The notes under the pieces: generated by a model | What the model saw: the letters and a program-made list of their open reading frames with translations, nothing else | Database searches by the model: none | What the model was told of the DNA's origin: nothing | NCBI GenBank assembly: GCA_951406725.2 | Contig: OX597840.1 | Coordinates: 18,414,001-18,478,000, forward strand | Direction of reading: 5' to 3' | DNA from: Octopus vulgaris | Taxonomy: Eukaryota | Length of the DNA: 64,000 nucleotides | In this document: positions 39,501-53,133 of the stretch, piece by piece | How positions within the stretch are numbered: the stretch's first letter is position 1 | Layout of the letters: every line of letters begins with the position of its first letter | Translations under genes and position numbers: made by a program

Positions 39501-40270
39501 TAGGCGTTGAGCTGGCAGAAACGTCAGCGCGCCGGGCGAAACGCTTAGCGGTATTTCGTCTGTGTTACGTTGTGAGTTCAAATTCCGCCGAGGTCGACTT
39601 TGCCTCTCATCCTTTCGGGGTCGATAAATTAAGTACCAGTTACGCACTGGGGTCGATGTAATCGACTTAATACCTATGTCTGTCCTTGTTTGTCCCCTCT
39701 GTGTTTAGCCCCTTGTGGGTAATAAAGAAATAGGTATTTCGTCTGCCGTTACGTTCTGAGTTCAAATTCCGCCAAGGTCGACTTTGCCTTTCATCCTTTC
39801 GGGGTCGATAAATTAAGTACCAGTTACGTACTGGGGTCGATGTAATTGACTTAATCCGTTTGTTGCCTCTGTGTTTAGTCCCTTGTGGGTAGTAAAGAAA
39901 TAGGTATTTCGTCTGTCTTCGCGTTCTGAGTTCTAACGCCACCGGGGTCAACTTTGCCTTTCATCCTTTCGGTGTCAATAAATTACCAGTTACGCACTGG
40001 GGTCGATGTAAATGACTCATCCTCTTCCCCACAAGTTTCAGGCCTTGGATTATTATTATTATTATGGCAGCGATCTGGCAGAACCGTGTTAGCATCCCGG
40101 ACAAAATGCTTAGCAGTAATTCGTCCGTCTACTTTGTTGAAGTCAGCTTTGCTTTTCATTCTTTCGAGGTCGATAAGTTAAGTACCAGTGAAGCACTGGG
40201 ACGATGTAATCGACTTACACCTCCCCACGAAAAATTCGGGTTTCATGTCTATAGCAAAATAGATTACTAT
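39501..40270 (+). mobile_element. SINE B trimer plus monomer
   Basis: gtatttcgtctg re-entry at ~39551, 39734, 39904; (TTA)n tails. Confidence 0.85.
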
Positions 40271-40274
40271 TCTA

Positions 40275-40342
<68 letters not shown>

Positions 40343-41024
40343 GGCGGTGAGGTGGCGCGATTAATTTGAAGACATGTTAGTTGCTATTTCTAGCAGATTT
40401 CACGACTAGGTGGAAATTCCTCCCTCGCTGGAGGTGGAAGTCCCTCCTATCTTAAATTTTCAAAACAACGTCTCAGTGTTATTTTAAAATAGAAATCACG
40501 CGTTTTAATTCTTAAAATCTTAAACAGCCTTGTTACTTAGCTTAAGGCTAGTCCTGATAATAGAGTAATAGTGGTGATAGAAGTATCGTTGTTTAGTTCC
40601 AGGTCAGCTCTGCGATAATGAAGTAATGTTAATAACGTCTGTTTGGCGATGGTTGTGAATGCAGCGTTCTTTTATTTTTGCTCTTGAGGGTAGATGGGAA
40701 CTGAAAAAGCCATTAGTATGTATTCTTGTGTGTGTGTCTGAGTCCTTGTCTGGACATCATGTGATTGTTGTGAACTAGCAAACTAAGCTTCACCGTTCCA
40801 ATCTTCCGTGGAAACTCCCAGCTATGGAGAAATATTACCATGCGTGAGAATATCACCAGATGAAATGGCATGGTTATGCAAGAAAACGATTTATTTAATG
40901 TTCTCTAATATATTATGCAATTGAATTCGGATTTGAAAATAAATCATGCCATTGAACCGCGTGTAATGATGTTTTGAACTAATTGTTTTTTTCATATACA
41001 TGTGTGTGTTATATATATATATAT

Positions 41025-41502
41025 ATACTTTATTTAAAGCAGCAGAAAATTCAACAAAACCTGTTACTCTGAGTTTCCCGTTGTTCATCGGACATTTATA
41101 ATTAGGGTTAGCAAAGATTTGCTATACACATACCGAAGTTTAAATAGGAAAAAACCTTAGCTATTTCTTCTTCTAAAGGACTCCAGAAAACAAATATTGA
41201 AAACAATCCACGCAGGCAGAGAAAATTAACGAAAATCAATGACCAGATATTAATTGATTTTCGTTATTTTCTCTCTGCCTACGTGAATTGTTTTCAAGTA
41301 TTTTGGTTTTTCTGGAGTCCCTTTTAAGAAGAGAAATAGCTAAGGTGGCTTATTTCTAAACTTCGTATGTGGTAAAGCAAATCTTGCTGAACCTAATTAT
41401 AAAGTATTACTTAAGTTTACCGTGAAATGGTCCTTTTTCATGCCGAATTCTACTTGGTGAAATTATTGATTACTTCTTAAATTAATTAATTTTACCCTTT
41501 GT

Positions 41503-41505
<3 letters not shown>
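41025..41505. mobile_element. Probable Penelope-like non-autonomous fragment between (TA)n tracts, with a hammerhead-like motif (41062-41094, minus) and a ~310-bp palindrome (41095-41403)
   Basis: Minus strand tgt-CCGATGA-acaacgg-GAAA-ctcagag-TA-aca...aataaa; arms are imperfect reverse complements. Confidence 0.6.
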
Positions 41506-41554
<49 letters not shown>

Positions 41555-41692
41555 CAGAGTTGTGTGTATGTTGATGCAGCTACCATCTGAAGATTGCTGT
41601 AAAGGATGAAAGTACTTGCAATATTATAATATGTAATGTAAAAAATTCAAAATCAAAAGGTAAAAATCAGGCTAAGGTGAAACTTGATTGAC

Positions 41693-41726
<34 letters not shown>

Positions 41727-42471
41727 CTTATGTAATATCGCGCGGAAAAAACTTCAAAGAACTTCAATGGAGGTGTGTGTGTGTAAATATGTATGTGGGT
41801 GCTTTCCAAAAACCCGTCTTGAAAAATGCTGCCAACTTGTGTGTTTGTGTGTGTGAAAGGGAAGTGGTGGGAAGAAGTTCATGTAAGATCTTGAAAACTG
41901 CTTACATTTTTTTATAAGTCTACATAAATCATTCACCGCTAATGTATGAATGAGTTGGTAATTGTAAGTGTGGTGGTGGTGGCGAGGGTGATGTGGAAAT
42001 TGGGTTGTAGTGACGGTGGGAGTATAGCGTTAATATGGTGGTGGGAGTTACGAATTAATGTGGTGGCTGTGGGAGTTGAGAATTAATGTAGTGGCTGTGG
42101 TAGGAGTATAGGATTAGTGTGATGATGGTGGTGGTGGTGAGTGTATAGGAAGTGAGATGATAGCAGTGGTAGGAGGAATGTTGAAGCTGGAGGAATAGAG
42201 TCGCTGTGAAACTAGGGCGGAGGTAGTGGTGATGGTGGAGGGGTGTCTAAGTGAACGTGCGGGTTGCAGTAGTAGTAGTGGTGGTGGTGGTGGTGGCGGC
42301 GGCGGTAGAGGTAGGAGGGGGTACTTTGTCGACGGCGGTGTTGGATAGACGACGGGGTTGATTGGTTGCGAGCATGGTATGATGGTGGTGGTGTTGGTGG
42401 TGGTGGTTGGGTTGGTGTCGGCTGCAGCGTCAATGAATTTCTCAAACGCGCGCTCAAACACATACATGCAT

Positions 42472-42504
<33 letters not shown>

Positions 42505-43440
42505 GTAATCAAGCCCAAATTCTTTAATTTACCAACTGCCGACAAGAAAACGAATTAAAAAAATGCATACCTACTTATATTAAGAATAGTGTGTCTGTAT
42601 GTGTGTGTGTGTATGTGTCTGTATGTGTGTGTATATGGGTGAGTGATGTGAACATGTAATGCTATGAGAATGTGTAAGCATAGCTTAAAGGTGGATTTAT
42701 GAGTGATTGAGGTTGTGAGTTGAATCATTACTCTTTCTCACTCTTTTTACATGTTTGACTCATTTAGACTGCGGCCATGCTAGAGCAACATCTTGGAGAA
42801 TTCTTAGTCGAATGAATCGATCCCAGTACTTAATTTTTTATTTTTTTAAGCTTGGTACATATTCTATCGGTCTGATTTGCCGAACCACTAGATAAAGGGG
42901 TCGTAAACACACCAACACCGGTTGTCAAGCAATGGACACACACACACACATACACACACATATACACACATACACACACACACATACACACACATACACA
43001 CATACACACACACACACACACATGATTTAAAACGGTTGGATTCGGCCCTCTGCAACGTAAAATTTCTTAGGCTCCTAAGAGAAACCTAGCTCATCCGTGT
43101 TATGTACCTCACACACACACGTGTATATACGAAAGGTTGTCTAGATATATGTAGGTGAGAGTGTCTAAGGTGTGAGGCCAGGAAATTAATGAAGTGTTTA
43201 ATGAATACAGGTATCTTATATTACTTTTGTTATAAGTATTAGGAAGGCTCCTTATCGTTGTGTATTGTAAGTGTGCGCAGGGGTGAGCGCGTATGCGTAT
43301 GCAGTTCACAAACACACACAGGGCCCAGTAGTTTGGGTATTGCTCTCACGATCACTACATCGCGGTTTCAGTTCCTGGACCAGGTGGTATTTTGTGTTTT
43401 TGAACAAAACACTTCATCTCGCGTGGCACAGAATTCACCT

Positions 43441-43866
43441 GGGATCTTTTCAGTTTGAACGGCAGTTTTTTCTAGCGGTGTCATGTGAAATTGTAACCCA
43501 TAATTATGATCCTAGTATCGATCTATTGCTTTTCAATCTGTTTTAGGGTTAGGGTTAGTTAGGGTTAGGGGTGGGGGAAGTGTATCTTTTTTTCTTCACA
43601 AATGTAAATAAACCCAATCTGTTTCTTAAACAAGGGAATATTCATACGGGACAGAATGCTTTTTAACTCAATGGACGTCATTGATTGGTTGAAATCGCAG
43701 AAATTGCAGAAAAAACAACGAAATATCTTACAAACTATAGAATTTTCTCAATATAGCCAAGAGAAAATTATGTTTTATAAACACATTCTACCAGTATACG
43801 AAGTTTAAAATTTTTTAGTTACCTAGAAATTATGTTAAAAACTGCCGTTCAAACCGAAAGGATCCT
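43441..43866. mobile_element. Non-autonomous DNA transposon with ~30-bp TIRs, 6-bp TSD and internal TTAGGG repeats
   Basis: gggatcttttcagtttgaacggcagttttt / aaaaactgccgttcaaaccgaaaggatcct; flanks tcacct / tcgcct. Confidence 0.85.
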
Positions 43867-44240
43867 TCGCCTATTCAGGTAGCATCGATTTGATAAAGAG
43901 AGTGAGCTAACGTGCGGCACAGACATTTGATCACAATAGCCAAATCATTTGTGCAAGTCGTTCGGACGGACGGCGCTAGGGAATGCGGGGTCCAGGAAGA
44001 GAACTGTCAATGGGACCCTCTACTCTACAAAAGCTGAAGGTTGATGTTTTATGCTTCGGGTAGTATGCCAGTTCTAGCCAAAAAAGCATCGAGGGCTTGT
44101 GCCTCCACCATTAGCCACAGTGATATAGCGAAAATTCATCATAGGGTCCTCCGCTTGAGTGTGCGCGCGAGGCCCTTTCTTGACACTTGACCCAATTTGA
44201 ACGAATTTGATTCACTTAAAACCGGCCCTGCGCGCGCTCG

Positions 44241-44279
<39 letters not shown>

Positions 44280-44522
44280 ATTCATCTCTCTCTCTCCTCC
44301 CACACAGACTTCCCAATACTCATATGCGTGTTTGCTAAGGGTGTCAGCGTATGTAAGTGTAAATATATCAATTTGTTTAATTACTCTGAATAATTAGGTG
44401 TGTGTGTATTTGTATTTGTCTTTTGTGTTCATTATGTGACTATTTGCGGCAATTACGTGTGTGTTTATATGCGTGTTTATATAGTTGTATGAACTGAGCA
44501 CATATTGTTATAGATGTGCGTG

Positions 44523-44572
<50 letters not shown>

Positions 44573-44575
<3 letters not shown>

Positions 44576-44928
44576 AAGGACTTGTCACAAACTTTGGCAT
44601 CGAGAGTTACACAAATACTAGAACTGGGCGCCACTGCGTGGTGCCAAGGACTCCAAATTTGCCATCAAGATGTAGGACAAGATACTGCGATAGCCTGGGC
44701 TTCAGAGGTCCACAACTCTTCAATATCCTCCCGAATGACCTGAGAGACCTGCATGGGGTGGATGTAGATGTCTTTAAAATAAAACTGGATCTCTTCCTGT
44801 CAGGTGTCCCAGATGAACCAACTTCATGACAGGAGGTGCAGATGAGGGCAGCTGCATCAAACTCTCTCATGCACCAAATGTCAATTGCTAAAAAGCATTC
44901 GTGAAGTAAAATCATGTAGCAACACCAT
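44573..44928 (+). mobile_element. 3' fragment of a CR1/L2-group LINE ORF2 (pseudogenised)
   Basis: EGLVTNFGIESYTNTRTGRHC...SLGFRGPQLFNILPNDLRDL...FKIKLDLFLSGVPDEP, resembling the CR1-group C-terminal 'N.LP...FK..LD' motif; in-frame TGA at 44827. Confidence 0.8.
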
Positions 44929-45059
44929 GAGGATCACAAACCCCTCAGTATATCGCGGTGTTTCTGCAGCCGATAGGTATTTAAATTTATGTAGATTTTA
45001 ATTATTTCTGTGGGAGGTTTTGGAACGTAACACTCGGGATAGTCAATGGATTGCTGTGA

Positions 45060-45123
<64 letters not shown>

Positions 45124-45626
45124 TATATGGAGAAGCAAGTATCTGTGTCGTTCTGTGGGCAAGATTCTAAGAAGGTCTCTGGATGGATTTGTTGAAGGAA
45201 GGATAATGTACAATGGTTAAATTATGATGATGATGATGATGATGGGGAAATGAGATGGAGAAGTAGAATGATTATATAAATGGGAAAAACAAAACATTGA
45301 AAGCACAAGGAACAATAAATGCCAACTTGATAAAGACCCATAAACTGTAATGTTGTCAATAAAAAGGGCAGGTTGTAGGATGCCGCCTTGGCTAATTGCT
45401 TGTTGATATAAACTCGTAACTGTTGCTCTTTCATGGAATGTAACAGTGGCAGAAGTAGTTGTTGTTGTTGTTGTTGTTTTGTGTTCTGTAATGTCATAGC
45501 TTAGTAAAATTGTTAAAGCTTTAGAAAACATGCATTGTAGTAATCTTCCTTTTTTGTTTTGGTTCTTTTGTTACTCCAAGTTCAAATCCTGTCGAGGTCA
45601 GCTTTCCCTCTTATTACTCTCTCTTT

Positions 45627-45820
45627 TCTCTCTTTTACTTGTTTCAGTCATTTGACTGTGGCCATGTTGGAGCACTGCCTTTAGTTGAGCAAATCAAACC
45701 CAGGACTTATTCTTTGTAAGCCTAGTACTTATTCTATCGGTCTCTTTAGCCGAACTGCCAAGTTACAGGGATGCAAATATACCAGCATCAGTTGTCAAGC
45801 AATGTTGGGAGGACAAACAG

Positions 45821-45883
<63 letters not shown>

Positions 45884-45997
45884 CATATACGTATATATAT
45901 ATATATATATATATATTATACATATACGTATATACGATGGGCTTCTTTCAGTTTCCGTCTACCAAATCCACTCACAAGGCTTTGGTCAGCCCGAGGC
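45627..45997 (-). mobile_element. SINE A, 5'-truncated, adjoining a hAT-like end (ggttgagaaacactg, ~46156)
   Basis: Consensus match; TIR-like motif. Confidence 0.8.
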
Positions 45998-46779
45998 AAT
46001 CGTTAAAAATATAACAGGATTTTATTTAAACATTGAATGGGTATGAGGGTCCAGTAGAATAAAGTAGGGATAAAAAGAATAGAGATCAAAGGATTCCATA
46101 AGCTAAAAATAGGGTCAAAAGGGTCCCATAAGCAAAAACAGGTTGAGAAACACTGGTTTACGACCAAACAATTCGGCATTCATTCCACTTGTAAAACAGC
46201 AAAGCGTTACTCATGCTAAATTTAGCTCTTATTTCTAACAGGTCAAAGGATCATATAGAGGCCTCCCTCGTTGAAATGAAACCATTAAATTATAAAAATA
46301 TTTGCTACAGAGTTTCAGGAAACAGGAGCTAGAAGCAGCGAGGCGAGCGAAACTGTAGGGTTCCGCATATGAAATATAAATATAGGAGAGTTGAAAGGAG
46401 CGTTTTAACTGGTTTATATAATATTTACATATGTGTGAGGCACCCCCAATGCACACGCCCCCACCCCACCCTCTCCCCCGTCACTGCATTTATATTTAGT
46501 TTAACAACTGCTCCCCCCTAAGGTACTTTTCTTCTTTTAAGTTTCTCTCTCAGCCATGTTGGCAAACGAAACGGGTGAATAGAGTTAGGTTAGGAACCAC
46601 TGGAGGAAATGTAGGAATTTCAAGGATGCCTGCTGCAGGGAGCTGTTTTCAAATGTGTGTTCTATGCTGTCATCATTGCAACATCCACTTTTCTGTGCTT
46701 GCATGGGTTGGACAGAATCTGATGAGGCAAATTTTTGCCTGTCACCAACCTTCACCTGTTGGTATATCTCTCTATGACC

Positions 46780-47355
46780 AAGGCAATGAGCTGGCAGAAA
46801 TATTAGTATGCCGGGTGAAATGTTTACCAGTATTTCATCTGTCTTTATGTTCTGAGTTCAAATTTCACCAAGGTCGACTTTGCTTTCATCCTTTTGGGGT
46901 TGATAAATTAGGCACCAGTTGTATACTGGTGTTGATCTGATCGACTGACCCCCCCTCTCCAAAAATTTTGGGTCCTATGCCTAGAGTAGAAAAGAATATA
47001 CAAGGTAAGGCGTTGAGCTGACAGAAACGTTAGCATGCCAGACGAAATGCTTAGCAGTATTTTATCTGTCTTTATATTCTGAGTTCAAATTCCGCCGAGG
47101 TCGACTTTGCCTTTCATCCTTTCAGGGTCAATTAAATAAGTACTAGTTACGCACTGGGGTCGATATAATCAACTTAATCTCTTTGTCTGTCCTTGTTTGT
47201 CCTCTCTGTGTTTAGCCCCTTGTGGGTAGTAAAAAAATAGGTATTTCATCTGTCTTTACATTCTGAGTTCAAATTTCACTGAGGTCAACTTTACCTTTCC
47301 TCCTTTTGGGGTCGATAAATTAAGCACCATTTGTGTACTGGGGTCGATCTAATCT
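46780..47355 (+). mobile_element. SINE B monomer plus dimer, CpG-decayed
   Basis: Family B with many CG>TG/CA changes. Confidence 0.85.
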
Positions 47356-48225
47356 AGGCACAGGAGTGGCTGTGTGGTAAGTATCTTGTTTACCAACCAC
47401 ATTTATAAGTTGTTTGAATAATCAGAAATGTGAACCATTATACTTACAAATCAAGAAGCGTCAGCTGTTAATAAAATACATGTGTGTGCGTGTGTAAGTA
47501 TTTGTGAGTGTGTGTATGTGTGCCTACGTGTGTGTATGTGTGCCTACGTGTGTGTACGTCTGTGTATGTGCATGTATGTATGTGTGAGCACGAGTGTGTA
47601 TGTATGTCTGTGTGTACGTAGAAGTGATAACCACTAAAAGGGTAATTATAAGGTTACAAGAGAGAAAGCAGTCTGAAATGTGAGAGGTCGGCAGCCATAC
47701 CTGCAATTTGACAGTTAAGCTGCTGGTTAATGTCTGCTGTTTAATGTCAGTATCATGAAGACTCGTGGCTTTGTGGTTAGGAGTGCCCAGCTCATTGTAT
47801 TAATGTCGGAGGTTCAATTCTTGATCTGGGCGGTGTGCTGTGTTCTTGTACAAGGGACTTCATTTACTGTTGCTCCAGTCTGTCATTAGTTCATTTGTTG
47901 TTGTGGATGAGGACCCAGGACATCCCATGGGAGAAGACAGAACACAGTGTGTCTAGCTGTGGCCAATCAGTCCAACGTGTGCTTGGAAGGTTCTGCCACA
48001 GGTTGGGCACTGATGGGTTGTACCAGTGTTGAGTACTGGTTACACTTACCCCCTCTCTCTTTTCCTTATCTCTTCTCCCCCTCTCTTACTCCCCACTCTC
48101 CCTCATCACAACAAGGTCGAGGGTCCTGAGCCCAAGAAATAGCTTGTTTGCTTGCGACTACATAGACATCTCAAACAGTTATTGAAAGCTTAGTATGTAT
48201 TACTTGTTAGTATGCTTGTTAGCAT

Positions 48226-49405
48226 AGGCGCAGGAACGGCTGTGTGGTTAGTAGCTTGTTTACCAACCACATGGTTCCGGGTTCAGTCCCACTGCGTGGC
48301 ACCTTGGGCAAGTGTCTTCTGCTATAGCCTCAGGCCGACCAAAGCCTTGTGAGTGGATTTGGTAGACGGAAACTGAAAGAAGCCCATCGTATATATGTAT
48401 ATATATATATGTGTGTGTGTGTATGTTTGTGTGTCTGTGTTTGTCCCCCTAGCATTGCTTGACAACTGATGCTGGTGTGTTTACGTCCCCGTAACTTAGC
48501 GATTTGGCAAAAAGAGACCGATAGAATAAGTACTGGGCTTACAAAGAATAAGTCCTGGGGTCGATTTGCTCGACTAAAAGGTGGTGCTCCAGCATGGCCG
48601 CAGTCAAATGACTGAAACAAGTAAAAGAGAGAAAGCTGGTCGTAATATCTTAGTAATGACCATTCGATGTAAGCATAAATGCATCAGGTCTTGGCAAGAT
48701 CAGATGACCCAGTTTTCAGCTGAACCATTTCAGCTGCAATCATTTCTTGAACATTTCTGAGCAAGTCAACCCAAAATCCTTAGTTGTGGTAACGGTGTTG
48801 ATAGGCTTGCCATTGGCAGTGTTGCTGTTTCTCTTTAGCCCCAGGTCTACCTAGATCCAGCAGTCTTATGATCAGAGACATTCTAAACGTGATCCCCCCA
48901 CCCCAATGTTAAATTAGTCCATTATATTTCTTAACACATCATTTGAAGTAGATTTGGCTGCTATTTTTAGCAGACCGAGACATCACATAAGGATTTTGAT
49001 GCTGGCATTATTGATGGTATTACTCTTTTACTTGTTTCAGTCATTTGACTGTGGCCATGCTGGAGCACCACCTTTAGTCAAGCAAATCGATCCCAGGACT
49101 TATTCTTTGTAAGCCTAGTACTTATTCTATTGTTCTCTTTTGCCGAACCGCTAAGTTACGAGGACGTAAACACACGAGCATCAGTTGTCAAGTGATGTTG
49201 GGGGGCACAAGCACACACACACACACATATATACACATATACGAAGGGATTCTTTCAGTTTGCGTCTGCCAAATCCACTCACAAGGCATTGGTCGGCCCG
49301 AGGCTATAGAAGAAGACACTTGCCCAAGGTGCCACACAGTGGGACTGAACCTAGAACCATGTGGTTCGTAAACAAGCTATTTACCACACAGCCACTCCTA
49401 TGCCT
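48226..49405. mobile_element. Tail-to-tail full-length SINE A pair (48226-48631 plus; 49021-49405 minus)
   Basis: Consensus matches in opposite orientation. Confidence 0.9.
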
Positions 49406-49659
49406 GTTTTGTTTTTTAACCCAGGGTCAGTCTAAACCCAGCTGACCTATGATTAAAAACATTCCAAATGTGGCCCTCCTGACTTTCTGTATATTCAAGT
49501 TGACATACATTGTTGAATGCAGATTTCATTTTGGTTTTACTTTTTTTAATGAGGTAATGTTACAGTTGAAGGAGATTTGGTTGTTATTTTTAGCAGGCTG
49601 AGTAACCTTACAGCAGGCATGGGCAACCATTTTTGAGAAGTGGGTCACATGAGACATAC

Positions 49660-50230
49660 TTCTTACTCTCAATCCCTTTCTCTCCTTTCTTCTCCTTCAC
49701 TCTTTCATTCTCAATATTTCTTTCTCATTTACTATTCTTCATTCCATGTCTTTCTTTCTCATTCATTCATTCATTCATTCCAATTTTCTTCCTCTTCCCT
49801 CTCCCCTCTCTCTCTCTCTCTCTCACTCCCCGCCCTCCCCTTCCCTCACCTCTCTCCCCACATTCTCTCCCTCCCCCACCTTTCCCTCCCCACCCTTTCT
49901 CCCTGTCCACCTCTCTCTCTTTCCTCTCTCCCATTTCTCACTTCTCTTTCACCCCACCTCTCTTTTCCTCTCCCTCTCACCCCATCTCACTTTCTCTCCC
50001 CACCTCTCCGTTCTTCCCCCTCCCCTCATCTCTCCCATCTCTCTTCGTCTCTCTCTTCCAACTCTCCTCCTCACTTATCTCCTCCCCACCTCTCTCTCTC
50101 CCACTTCTCTCTCTCCCACCTCTCTCTCCCATCCCCTTCTCCCACCTCTCTCCTCCTCACTCATCTCCTCCCCACCTCTCTCTTCTCCCACCTGCCACCC
50201 TCTCTCCCACACTCACTCCCACTCACCCAT
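49660..50230. repeat. C/T-rich low-complexity tract
   Basis: Directly visible. Confidence 0.95.
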
Positions 50231-51018
50231 TTATTTAGTTAATCTACCTTTGAGAATTTAAGCTGACCCCTCCCCCTGCCCACACATACTGGCACATCCA
50301 AACTGGCAAAACTTGAAAATATTTTCAGTCTGAGTCTATTAACGCATATACCATTACAAATACTTACACACACACACACACACACACATTGTGTGAGTGT
50401 TTTAGAAGGCGTGGCTGTGTGGTTAAGAAATTTTGTTCCCAATTGCATAGTTTCTGGTTCCATCCCATTGCACAACACCAAGGGTGAATGTTTTCTGCTC
50501 TACTATCATAATTTTAAATGGCTCTCTCATACAAAACATCTTGTTTGTTTCCATTCTTCTGTGAAAAACATGTCTGTCCATGGGGAAATTGTAATTTTGC
50601 ATGACAACAGGTGAGGGTTTATGACAGCAAGGGTACCCAGCTGTAGAAAATTTAACATCTGTCTTCCGTGCAGGTATGGGTTGGACTGTTCAACTGTAAC
50701 TGGCAAATTAGCAGACTGTGCTAAGCTCTACCTGGTTGATTTTACATCGTTTCTACAGCTTGATGTCCTTCCTAACACCAATCACTTTATAGAATGTACT
50801 GGGTGCTTTTTACATGGCACCAGCATCAGTGAGGTCACCAAGTGACATGCAAGACATAAGAGGAGTATTGAAGAAGTAGTTTTGTACCACATCATAAGAG
50901 GTTAGAATAGTTGTTCTCAACCCTTCTTTACCTTTGATTCTTGGTCTACTCCACTGGATCCTCACAGCCATTTGATGCTTTAAAAAAATCTTTTTTCCAA
51001 TTAAATATTATCAGGAAT

Positions 51019-51228
51019 TTACTCTTTACTCTTTTACTTGTTTCAGTCATTTGACTGCGGCCATGCTGGAGCACCGCCTTTAATCAAGTAACTCAACACC
51101 AGGACTTGTTTTTTAAAGCCTGGTATTTATTCTATTGGTCTCTTTTGCCGAACCGCTAAGTAACAGGGACATAAACACACCAGCATCGGTTGTCAAGCAA
51201 TGCTAGGGGGACAAACACAGACACACAA

Positions 51229-51265
<37 letters not shown>

Positions 51266-53133
51266 CATATATATGACGGACTTCTTTCAGTTTCTGTCTA
51301 CCAAATCCACTCACAAGGCTTTGGTCGGCCCAAGGCTATAGTAGAAGACACTTACCCAAGGTGCCACGCAGTGGGACTGAACCCGGAACCGTGTGGTTGG
51401 TAAACAAGCTACTTACCACACAGCCACTCCTGCGCCTATTCTGTAAAAAAAATGTTAAAATGATTTGTGTATTTTTTTTTTACTTATTTCAGTCATTTGA
51501 CTAGACTGTGGCCATGCTGGGGTACTGCTTTAAAGGGTGTTAGTCCAGTAAATCAACCCCAGGACTTGTTTTTTAAAGCCTGGTATTTATCTTATCGGTC
51601 TCTTTTTGTCAAACTAAGTTATGGTTATGTAAACACCAATGCTGGTTGTGAAATCCCAGTTGTAGGGGACAGACACACACACACACACACATACATACAA
51701 TGAGCTTCTTTCAATTTCCATTTACCGAAACTGCTCAGAAGATATTGGTCTGCCCTAAGCTATAGTTGGAGACACTTCCCCAGTGGGACTGAATCCAGAT
51801 CAATGTGGTTGGGAAGCAAACTTCTTACCACTCAGCCACACCCGCATCTATCATACATATATTGTGTGAGTGAAAGAGAGAGAGAGTGCTCAATACAATG
51901 GTAGAGCCAAAATTAATTAAATCTAATCCAGTCCACACTGTGATATGCTGGGCACTTGGAAGGGCATCCAGCAGTAAAAATCCTGCCAAAACAGTCGCAG
52001 AAGTCTGGTGCAGGAGGCTTCTGCCTGGCCGGCTTCTGTCAAACCGTTCCACCCATGCCAGCATGGAAGGTGGATGTTAAATGGTGATGTTGATGATGAT
52101 GATACATGGAAGAAAAAGCATACAAAATAGATGAGGAAGTACAAATATTAATTAACTAATTAGCAGAGTGTCTCATTTGTTTATTTCGGAGTCATTTAGT
52201 CGACTGAAGTTTCACAACCCCCCGTGTGTGTGTGTATGTATGTATACGTGTGTGTGCATGTATGTGTATGTATGTGTGTGTATGTATATGTATGTGCATG
52301 TATATGTGTGTACGTATGTGTGTGTATATATATATATGTGTGTGTATATATATATATATATATGTATGTGTGTGCACATGTTTATGTATGTATGTGAGTA
52401 TGTTTATGTGTGTTTACACGTATCTATATATGTGTGTACATGTGTAAATGTATATACATGTATTTATGTGTATGTGTGTGTGTGTGTGTGCATTTGTGCA
52501 TATATGTAAGATATATGTAGGCATGGGTCTTTTCGTGTGTTTATATATATGTGTGTGTCTGTTTGTGTAATTGTACACATACTTTATTATTTATTAAATT
52601 TGAAATACAAACCTGTATTTTATAAAATGACTCCCTTAAAATACACAACAATTTTCCATGAGCTATTTCTCTCCAGGTACCCACTGGCATTACCCTAAAA
52701 TACAGTGTGATTATACTCTTACTCTTTTACTCTTTTCAGTCATTTGATTGTGGCCATGCTGGAGCACCGCCTTTTTTTTTTTAGTCTAGCAAATCGACCC
52801 CAGGACTTATTCTTTGTAAGCCTAGTACTTATTCTATCGGTCTCTTTTGCCGAACTGCTAAGTAACGGGGACGTAAACACACCAGCATCGCTTGTCAAGC
52901 GATGCTGGGGGAACAAGCACAGACACACAAACATACACACACACACACATACATATATATACATATATACGACAGGCTTCTTTCAGTTTCCGTCCACCAA
53001 ATCCACTCACAAGGCTTTGGTCGGCCCGAGGCTATAGTAGAAGACACTTGCCCAAGGTGCCACGCAGTAGGACTGAACCCGAAACCATGTGGTTCATAAG
53101 CAAGGTACTTACCACAAAGCCACTCCTATGCCT
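51019..53133 (-). mobile_element. SINE A copies (51019-51438, 51480-51845, 52714-53133) with intervening microsatellite
   Basis: Reverse-complement consensus. Confidence 0.85.

Noticed and set aside
46311-46372. Possible + strand exon (EFQETGARSSEASETV / SFRKQELEAARRAKL)
   Set aside because: Weak acceptor, no good donor, early stops
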